DNA of 62,287 nt from Bigelowiella natans CCMP2755 (Eukaryota > Protista > Cercozoa), in the NCBI GenBank assembly GCA_000320545.1, contig ADNK01000465.1:1-62287 (forward strand), written 5' to 3'. Numbering within the stretch: position 1 is the first letter of the stretch; every line of letters starts with the position of its first letter. A program made the translations under genes and the position numbers. Under the pieces are notes generated by a model that saw only the letters and a program-made list of their open reading frames with translations, had not been told where the DNA came from and did no database searches. This document shows positions 1 to 9,762 of this stretch, piece after piece.

Positions 1-3000
1 GTCTGTTAAAACAGCACCGGTTATGATAACGAAATACAACGGGAAAAGAGGTGAGGCAAGGAGGTGGTGGAAGAACGCTAGGAGTATACTCTGCGACTTT
101 ACCCCTAACCCCACCGAAAACGACAAGCTCAAATGGCTAGCTATAATAAAGCAAGCCATGGACCTTTACGAGACAGGCAGGACCCGGATCAGGCAGCTAG
201 AGAAAATACACACTACAGTTAGTGGGCTACGAGACGTTGAGGCGATAATGAAGGCTTTTGTAAATGAACAGGATGCTAACTCCCTACCCCAGGCTATTAG
301 AAAATACAGAGCAATGATGCAGCATGAGAGAGAACCTGTTAGAGACTTTGCCACGCGCTTCCAGGATATGATCGACGAACTACATGATTTTAATTACAAC
401 ACAGGTGATGATCAGGCAAGGTTTGAAGAGTTCAAGTTAAAGATAAAGGAATCCACTTACGTTACGGAGAAAGGCTACACCACGATGGAGGCAGCAGTGC
501 AGGCTATATCCCTACGCGAGCAGGAGCAGGACCGCAAGTTTACCAGCCCTAAGGTACCTGGCATAGGAAACATTAACGCTATTAAGCCGCAGCGAGACTG
601 GTACAAGGACAGGGAAGGTAACCGACGTTGCGGATACTGCTCACGTAAAGGGAAACACACCGCTAAGACTGCAGAGACAGGAAAGAAGGACGACCCAGGA
701 TGACGATCAGGCAGCTCAACGAACACTACGAGAAGTTAAAGAGAAAGAAAGGCAGAGGACAAGGATATAACAACAGCAAATGGCAAGGCAGCAACAACGG
801 GAAGAACAATAAATATAAGAACAAAAAGCAGAACAGTATCAATGCTATACAGCAGCAGATAAACGGAATATTAGATCACCTTAAGCAGGCGCCGACGAAG
901 ACAGCAGTACCAGCAACGCAGGACCAAGACAAGCCCATGACCCTAGACGACATAAAGAACTTAGGAGTATGCAACATTAATGACGAAGACGCTAACAGGA
1001 CTATCAAAGTTGCTATGACCAAGGTTAAAGTTAAAGACAGCTACGGAGACTACAAGAAACTACCTGCCCTTTGGGATAGTGGCAGCATGCCGAAGTCCTT
1101 CATAAGCCTAAGCACAGTAAGAAGGTTAGGACTATTGGATCAAGTGACTAAGAAAGAACGTAAATATGCTCAAGCAGACGGAAGCTCTTCCATGAAGACC
1201 GTCGGTGAGCTAATGCTAAAGCTACAGATACCTGGCAGCGACGCGGAGACCCAAATCAAGACCCGAGTAGCCATGACTTTATCCATGGAACTACTCCTCG
1301 GACAGGATGCCCTAGAAAAATTAGGGGGGATCATATCATTCTACAATCACAAGATATACTTTGCTAAGTTGCCAAAGAAGTCAGGCAGGACCATCAGCCA
1401 GAACATGATACGGCTTGACGAGTGGACCTCTGAGTCAAGCGTTAATGCGTTAGAGTTTATGGACCTAGCGGACAACAAGCTACCTACACCTACCGAGCTA
1501 CGGAAGAAGAACCCCGGCAAGACCATCCGACAGATAACGGAGCTACTGGACAAGACCCCCCCAGCTGATGATTGGGATATCGACAAAGGCAAAAAGTACA
1601 TTAATAAAATATTAAACGAGAAGTACTCTGACATCACCAAGCCGACGACGAAGCCCTCCAGCAAGCTTACCCCAGTAAAGATCGAGCTAAAGAAGGGATA
1701 CGAAGAGTGCATCATCAATGACCCAGAACATAGGCGACCGGAAGCGGACTGGGAAAAGATAGAGTGGCAGATCAATGAATGGGCAAAGGAAGGGAAGATA
1801 GAGCCAAGCAACTCACCATGGAACGTGAGACATGTGCTAGCTAAGAAACCTACTTACCCTTTCTTCCGCCTGGCGCACAACTTCATCCGCCACAACCGAG
1901 TAATAAAGAGGATCCAGACACCTACACCAAGGATAGATGACGTTATTGAACACGTCATAGGATACAAATACTACTCTTCCCTAGATAAAAATGAATCATA
2001 CATGCAGACACCCATCCACAAAACCTCCCGCCCCATTACCGCGTTCTCCAGCAGGCACAGGAAGTGGCACTTCGTCGTATTCCCTTACGGCCTAAGCATA
2101 TCAGGGGATGCGTTCAGTAGTCAGAACTACAGGGCATACACACATGATGGGATGGCGTCTGTGTTGTGGGTGTTTGTGTTTGTGTATGTGGATGATGACA
2201 TAATATGTACCAACACAGTCGTCGCTCAGATCTTCCTCCTGGAAAATATATTTATTAGGTTTGCACACTTCGGTTTTACTATTAGACTGCAGAAGTGTAC
2301 ATTCCTAGCTACAAGAATCAAGTGGTGTGGATATTACCTGGAGCAAGGCCGCATCACCCCAAACCCCGAGAAAGTAGCAGCACTACAGCAAGCCCCTAAA
2401 CCTAAGAATGCAAAGGAGTTAAAGTCATTCTTGCAGACTGCAGCTTGGATACTACGTAGGTTCTCCCCTACCTACGCTAGGACTGCAGCTGCTTTTACTA
2501 CTGCTTACCGGAAGGAGAACTCTGTAGGCCTCAGCTTCGCTAAGGTGTGGGCCAAGGCTGGCCTTGATGCCCACTTCGATAACCTAATAAAGTTATGCAG
2601 CAACACCCTATTGAATGCTAAGCTAGACACTACTAGACCAGCTACCCTATGGACAGACTGGTCTAAGCTAGGTATGGCTGCTGTACTTACCCAAGACCAG
2701 CAGATCATACGGGTGTGGGGCAGGGCCTGCACAGCAGCTGAGGCCAAGTACAGCCCTACAAAAGGAGAGTATAAAGCCATGACTGAGGCGCAGAGGAAAC
2801 TAAGATACTACCTGCTGTCGGTGCCCAGCTTCACCTTAATGACTGACCACAAGCCCCTCCTAGGCATCGACCGCAAGCTCGAAGCGCCTAACGATGAGTA
2901 TGCAGCTATGAGGGCGGACACGGAAGAGTTTAGGGACAAGAGGACAGTGGTCTACGCACCAGGAGACAAGCAGCTTGCTGACTATTTCAGCAGGCTGTTC

Positions 3001-4494
3001 GAAAAGAAAGTCCCTACCCAGGTCACCCCTATGGTTAACGCGATTACCTTCGAGGACGGCGACTTCCTGCCTGAGCCAGAGGAGCTCCAGCACCTTCAAG
3101 AACACCTGGATAAATACAAACACAAGCATGAGGTACTTAGTGATAGGATATATGTATACACTAATAATGTTAGGCGTACCTACGTGCCACGGCGGACCAG
3201 GGGAGCCCTTCTCTTTACCGCCCATGGACCTGCACACGTAGGAGAAAACCATATCACTGCTCTACTCTACCATTACTACTGGCCCTACAAGCTAAAAGAG
3301 ATAAGGACATACCTGCGTGGCTGCAGGTGCTCCAGCTTGAAGGCGGCAGGCGTCGCCACCAAGGAGTCCAGCAAGAGCCGTGCATCTAAGAAAATCAAAG
3401 CAAGGAACTTCTTAGATATCGTGCAAATTGATGTTTATAAGTACGATGGCTATCACTACCTTACCTTCGTTGATGTGGCCACTGGAAAGTGCTGGGTTAA
3501 AAAGATTATCAAGGTCAACGTTGCTAAGAAGAACAAAGGCTTATATAAGCAGAGGCTTACTAACTGCTACCGTACCTGGGAGTCTGAGCTCCAGGCTATC
3601 CCTGATGAAGTTAGCATAAACAAGATACCAAAGAAGTTACATGTGGATAATGAGACCTCTCTTCTACAGCTACCACACCCTAATATTGATGCCTCACCTG
3701 TATACTATGCCCAGTCCAACTCCAAGGTAGAGCGACTCCACCGCACCTTGGCCAACCTAAGCAGGATAAATAGCACCACACCAGACAAGATACAAGGGTT
3801 AGTAAACGACACCTTCACGTCTGGGGGAGGTATCAAGGATAAGGAGAGGGAAGAAGGCGACGACAACGACGACGATACCGAGAGCGAAGACGAGAAGGTC
3901 CCGTACGATGGCCGAGTTCTAAAGGAAGGACAGTATGTTAGGGCCAAGGTAAATCTGAGATCGAGAAATAAACAAGACCCCTTCTGGGGTGGCGTTGCAA
4001 AGGTTACCGAGAGGAAGGGGAGGAAGCAGTACTACATCTATGATGGGAACAGGGTCACCTTGCGCCACATCAGTCACCTAAAGAATTATGATATCGGTGA
4101 GAAGCTCCTAGAGGATGTTAAAGTAAACCCTACTGTGTGGGAGCGAGCAATGCCTTGTTTAGGACCCCGACCTAAGTTCGATGTGGAATATGGAAACAAT
4201 AAGGTCAGGGTGAACGACGATTGGCGCATGAAGATTGTCTATCTAGGCTACCCTGGATTACGAAATATGGAGAGGGTAGCTATGAAAATAAAGGACGGAA
4301 AATATCAGCTACTCTACCTAGCTGTTCCCGACTTACCCTTTGAGCACTGGTATAAGGTCCTGGGGGACCTTGATGCAGAGGGCTGGTATGGACACGAACC
4401 TAAGGACGAAGGTGAGTTCTGGGTAAGCGACAAAGGAGATAAGGTTAGAGAGGAATCTATTACCTGGTGGTTGGTGAAGTTCCGAAAGCGATGA
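1..4494 (+). pseudogene. gag-pol of copy 1, frameshifted by a 1-bp deletion near 665 (real change or sequencing error)
   Basis: ORFs 23-703 and 700-4494 are the two halves of the single 1657-aa ORF of copy 2. Copy 1 reads GCTAAGAC where copy 2 reads GCTAAAGAC, in the Zn knuckle. Confidence 0.85.
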
Positions 4495-4536
4495 AGGTCT
4501 AAGGGAATAAGGAAGGAAGGAAGGAGCAACGTGACT

Positions 4537-4545
4537 TGGGGGAGG
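4537..4545 (+). promoter_or_regulatory. Polypurine tract of copy 1
   Basis: (T)GGGGGAGG lies directly before the TG of the 3' LTR, with a purine-rich run AAGGGAATAAGGAAGGAAGGAAGGAG just upstream. Confidence 0.85.
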
Positions 4546-4871
4546 TGTAGCGCGTACCACTACGCGGGCACAAGTCACGTGCGACAACAAAGGGGTTGTC
4601 GCGGATATAGAATATAGATAACGTAGATATTAATACAGCATAGGCACGTGGGTTCCGGCGGGACTCATGGCAGCACACCGGAAGTGTGCTGCCCCACGTG
4701 CGGCGGCATTCGCGAAAGCTTCGCGAATGATTACGCAGTGCACGATTTAATAAAAATATAATCTTTAATAAAAATAAACACAACTCTTCAAAAGGAAGCA
4801 AACGTGCCTTTCCCCCCCCCTGCCTACTTGTGCACGTAGCGCCTCGGCCTGTGAACACCTTACGCGCAACA
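4546..4871 (+). repeat. 3' LTR of copy 1 (326 bp)
   Basis: Starts TGTAGCGCGTA and ends TACGCGCAACA (11-bp terminal inverted repeat, 1 mismatch). Matches both LTRs of copy 2. Confidence 0.95.
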
Positions 4872-5562
4872 GGCCGCGACGACACGTCTGTCCATCCCAC
4901 CGGTGAACACGTGCATGGTTCAGGGACCAGGTTGGCAGGGGAAAAGCCACCCTCTTGGCCTCTTGGCCGAAAACCCCCCATTTCACGGTGAGTCAAACCC
5001 TTGCAAAAAACCATGACTAGATGAGCAGCATGACCAACGGCAATGATGTGACAATGACGACGGTGTGACGCATCCATTCAACTGAGATCTTCCCCTGAAG
5101 GCTACGTCACCATTGTGATCATGAAGAAAAGCCCAGATCTGTCAGAAAAGCCCAGATCAGATCTTGTTCCATCAGCATCAGCGACTGGTTGGCCGGCCAT
5201 TTTTTGCCTCAAATCCATGGAAATTCATGAAATCGAATGGAAATCCAATGGAAATCCAATGGAAATGTGCGATACCCCAGTTTGCTCGTCATTGTGTTAA
5301 TCATGGTGAATTTGGAGGAATAATCCAGTACAGCATTTCTTGATTCTCGGTGTGTTAATTAAGGTAATTTAGGACATTTGGGATGTCGTTTCTTGTAGGA
5401 CCCTGGCTATTTTTCTCTGTTGCAACTACCCCTCTCTAATGATACGGTATCATGAAGATTTGCGGCAGTTGCGGATAATTTACGAAGTTACCCTCGGAAT
5501 AGGAACCCACCCCGGAGAACCGAACGTATCTGAACCACGCTTACTTACCTACTCCCAAACCA

Positions 5563-8025
5563 ATGCCTGACGCCGTCCCGCTCCAAGATGTGACTCCAGC
5601 CACATCACCACATAAAAATGCTGATCAGAAATTAGTTGACTCCAACGGACGTACGTTCGATTTCGGGAAGAACACCGTCTCTCATGTTGCATCTGCTAAC
5701 CCGTTCCTCGCTGTGTTGGGGATTGCCCAGGTTGGCTGTTTGATTCTGTTTGGGCTCTTCTGCGATTATGAGGACCCACCAGATGATGCTGCCACTGCTG
5801 CAGCAGAGTTTGTGTACTACAATAACGTGGCAATCATGATGCTAGTGGGGTAATACATTTCTAAACCACGGGATCTCATGGTGTTTGGATGAACTTTACA
5901 CCACATTTTACATTTATTTTTTGAATCCTAAATCTATGCTTCTGGATCTGAAATCTCCCTCATATATTCTCACCACAGTTTTGGCTTCCTAATGGCTTTC
6001 CTTAAAAACTATGGTTTGGGGTCTATTGGGATGACCTTTCTCCTGACTGTCATCATCCTCCAGTGGACAATTCTTCTTGAAGTACTTATCTTATGCATTT
6101 GCCTATTTTAGAATTGAATATTTTCACTCATTGCTCACAAAGTTTTACTATTGCTACAAAAATTTTGCAGGGTTTCTGGGAAGGCGTCTATAATAATGGA
6201 AAGTTTCACATCATTAAAGTACCGAATATGTGTTCCATAAATTAATTACAGACTAATAAATCGTAGAATATTCAAAGCCCTCTAAATTAGTCGCATTCTT
6301 CCTTCTAAAATTTTCCTCTGGTATACAATTTCGTCCCAGATTGGAATGTTCGACTTGATCAGCGGACACTTTGCAGCTGCTACCATTCTAATTTCATTCG
6401 GCTGCTTAATTGGCAAGATCTCACCTGTGCAGATGTGTCTTCTTGGCCTCCTCGAGCTTCTGTTCTACACATTCAACTTTGGCATTACCCTCAAATGGCT
6501 TGGTATACAATCCTATTGACCAGGCTACTCTAGATTCAAAATCACTTACCTCATTTTCTTTTTTATGTCGAACCTTATTACCCAAACAAGCCTTAATGCT
6601 AACCCTGAACCTATCTAGGCGTGGTAGACATTGGAGGCAGTATTGCTGTTCATATGTTCGGTGCCTTTTTTGGTCTAGCCGCGGCATTAGTGTGGGGACA
6701 TACACCAACAAAGGAAGAAGAATCGGATGAGAGGTAATCCTCACCATTTCTGTTCTCACGGTTCATTACTTAGAATGCGCCTTTTTCGAAGACTCTAATT
6801 CCTACGTTCTTTCCCCTGTAGTTCCACTGCTACCTCGGATACCTTTTCGCTTATCGGAACAGTATTCCTATGGATCTTTTGGCCTTCATTCAATGGAGCT
6901 CCAGCTGCCCATGGCACTGCTCAGCAAATGCGTGTCACTATCAATACAGTTCTTAGTCTTGCGGTCAGTAGCCTAACCCTAATATCACCCCCAGATTCCT
7001 ATATCTGGATTTTATCGTTGTCTTAACACTAAATCTAACACCAAGGCCTGTTGTACTGCGACGTTCTTTTCCTCTCGGTTCCTCAGTAAATCCCATAAAT
7101 TTGGTCCACCGGTAACTTTTTTCTATCGCTGCCGCATCGAATATATCATTTTTTCCTCCCTCTCTGATCTCTTTTGTCTCACCAAACAAACATTTTGAAG
7201 ATCTATTGCCCCTAAAAACTTAATCCTGATTAGGACATCCAAAACGCTACCCTTGCTGGTGGAGTTGCTGTTGGTGCTGCCGCAAATATGATCGTAATAT
7301 ACTTTATTAATACATATGCAACTTTGATCCAAACCTATTTGAAACTCTTAATATACTCAATACAATACTAACAATTAACTAGATTAAGCCATGGGGTGCT
7401 TTAGCCATTGGTGCTCTCGGGGGGATACTTTCCACCTGGGGTTTTAGAGTTGCACAGCCCTTCTTGCAAAATAAAATCGGTAACCTCAACTAAATAAGAG
7501 CATATTCACCCAAATATGATGATATCTTACTAAACATACATGCAAGGCCTTCACGACACATGCGGTGTTCAAAATCTACATGGATGGCCTTCAATCCTCG
7601 GTGCAATTGTTAGCGCTGTGGTAGCAGGTTTTGCGAAGGTATCATATACCCCTCTCATTAATTTCAAACGGACTATATAACCTTCATATAAAAGGGTGCT
7701 GCACAGGATGCATAAACGTATAAATCCTAATTATACTTGCAGGAAAGCGACGGCTACAAAGACTTTGACTCTGTCTTTCCAGAGGGGAATAGACAGGTTA
7801 ACTAATACTTTCTCTCAGTCAAGTATACATTTATCTGATCCTGCACCACCTACCGATTTTGGTCATTAGGCTGGTCATCAAATGGCTGGTATGGTTCTGA
7901 CGCTACTCACTGCTCTAGCATCTGGTGCACTCTGTGCATTCATCGTCAAAATGATCATGCCTAAAGAGATAGGAGGTGGATTTAGGGATGTAAAGTACTG
8001 GGAGGTTGCAGACAAAGTGGTTTAA
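5563..8025 (+). CDS. Rh (Rhesus)-type ammonium/gas channel, Amt/Rh family; 12 exons
   Basis: Manual splicing over 11 GT-AG introns gives Rh motifs [76 protein letters not shown] and [13 protein letters not shown]. Stop is TAA at 8023-8025. Confidence 0.92.
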
Positions 8026-8232
8026 AAGAAATCCACTCACTCCAAACAGCACAGTGCGGTGTTGTGTTGTTTTGTCGTTGTTGGTAAGCGTTTACACTCA
8101 TGGTCATACGTCATTTAGCCAACATTGTCATTGCATTCATTTGCACTTGTGTGATTTCACAACTCGCATGTTGTCGGCTTTGAAAACAGAGACACAAGAT
8201 GCATCAAAATTTGTTTTGATTCGCCATGGATA

Positions 8233-8637
8233 GATGCAGCAATGCAATGTGCAAAGTGTGCATCTCAGATGCATGCACATGCATGCATGTGTCCATGTGT
8301 GCATGCACACATGTGATGAGATGGATGCATCGCGAAGTGATTGAATCATTTCAATGCTAGAATGGTCATCCTGTCAATCTAGCAATGCAAGTGTGCAAAG
8401 CAGCGGCTGCAGCGCTCATGTTCATCGATCCATCATTCATTTCTGCTGTCATGTGCTTCATGCAACATCAAGCATCACGCACGTGTCACCTGCTAGCCTG
8501 TGACGTCCAAACTCATGCATGCGTGTTGCGGGAGCAAGCACGTGCGCGTCAGCACACCAGTGCGGCCAATGGATCTGCTGGGTGTGAAACAACGTCACAC
8601 ACACACACACACTCACACACACACTCACACACACACA

Positions 8638-8672
<35 letters not shown>

Positions 8673-9017
8673 GATGCACCACACAGCCTTGCACGATCTC
8701 AAATTGTTCCATCTGGACATCGAGACATGCAAAGTCGCGCAGGTTGATGTGATTTCATCACCGCCCGGTCTAGCGGTGGTGATGCTGACTCTGCTAGCAG
8801 CTGCTAGTGTGCAAAGTGAGAAATTGAAAAGTTTGGCGGGTGCTTCAATTCATTGCCAGAACCATGCAAAGAACACTCATGGAACACTTCGTCAACTGTT
8901 GCCGTCCACTGTGATTGCGCCAGGTGCCAAGCTTTCTGACGACATGAAGGCAGTGTGGGTGGGCACCTTTTCCATCAGAGCTGGACTGATCATGTCAATG
9001 GGAGGGGCTGAATTCTC
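8233..9017. other. TpA-depleted intergenic zone (TA occurs only within CTAG)
   Basis: Manual count: 6 TA dinucleotides in ~785 bp, all in CTAG. Confidence 0.85.
8596..8670. repeat. (CA)n microsatellite
   Basis: Direct reading, with a few CT interruptions. Confidence 0.95.
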
Positions 9018-9028
9018 TAACTCCGACA

Positions 9029-9116
9029 AGAAAGAAAGAAAGAAAGAATTTAAGAAGAAAGAATTGTGGGAGTAGATCTAGTGTTTCCAATTGGAGAAGT
9101 TGAGAGTCGTTTCGTT

Positions 9117-9149
<33 letters not shown>

Positions 9150-9235
9150 AAATCCTGCTGATTTTGTGGAATTTCCTGGATTTCACCAATTGGTCCTCAC
9201 TGAAAGTAACCTGAAGATGTAACGACCACATTCCG

Positions 9236-9267
<32 letters not shown>

Positions 9268-9499
9268 AGGAGTGTGCACACTTGGATAAAAAACTCCTAA
9301 CAAAACTTCCAATGACAGCGTGACTGTGTGACATGTGCTAGTAGCCAGATAGATCACATACTCGTAGATCTCGTGACGACTTCCGCATCGGAAGGAGAAA
9401 GACTCCCCCCCTCCCTCCCCACGCAACCTCGATGTCGTCGCCATGGCTTCCGTTCAAAACCAATGGCATAGGTTGGCAGCAGTCTCTATCTAAATGTCC

Positions 9500-9547
<48 letters not shown>
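9029..9547. repeat. Microsatellite cluster: (GAAA)n ~9029-9150, (GTT)n 9235-9267, (CT)n 9502-9547
   Basis: Direct reading. Confidence 0.9.
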
Positions 9548-9550
<3 letters not shown>

Positions 9551-9762
9551 ACACTCTCACTCTCTCCCCCCCCCGATTTTATGTGGATCCCGATTCCATA
9601 TGATATTTTTGTGCTCCAGCCTTGAGGGATCGCTCACCAAGGGGACGTCAGCTTAAGCTCGTAAAAGGGCAGAAACTTCTTAGTAAGCATTGAATTATGG
9701 GCTTGTGATAGACCTTAGAAAGAGTGCAAACCAATTTGACAAGCGGTTGTCAATGCTAATTT

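Larger units (their letters stand above)
1..4871 (+). mobile_element. Ty3/gypsy-type LTR retrotransposon, copy 1 (5' part outside the window)
   Basis: Domain order gag-PR-RT-RNaseH-IN, followed by a PPT and a TG...CA LTR. It is the reverse complement of 36526-41397. Confidence 0.96.

Noticed and set aside
690-710. Programmed frameshift or stop-restart between gag and pol (ATGA overlap)
   Set aside because: Copy 2 has one continuous ORF, so the split comes from a 1-bp deletion in copy 1.
4499-5077. ORFs overlapping LTRs (4499-5077, 36455-36898, 41899-42585) as env-like or accessory genes
   Set aside because: They are antisense read-throughs of the LTR whose outer ends differ with the flanking DNA, and they have no recognisable motifs.
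5126-5266. Short tandem repeats (GAAAAGCCCAGATC x2; GGAAATCCAAT-like x5) as a regulatory array or element end
   Set aside because: Few degenerate copies, no partner elsewhere in the window, and no support for a function.
8875-8965. Faint resemblance of TLRQLLPSTVIAPGAKLSDDMKAV to a Merlin/IS1016-type transposase segment
   Set aside because: Too short and weak, with no other transposase motifs or terminal inverted repeats.
8385-9656. Short ORFs with HTHT, SLSL, NNNN or CVCV runs (here and in many introns)
   Set aside because: They are translations of stop-free microsatellites. The TpA-poor zones also lack TAA and most TAG stops, which inflates spurious ORFs.
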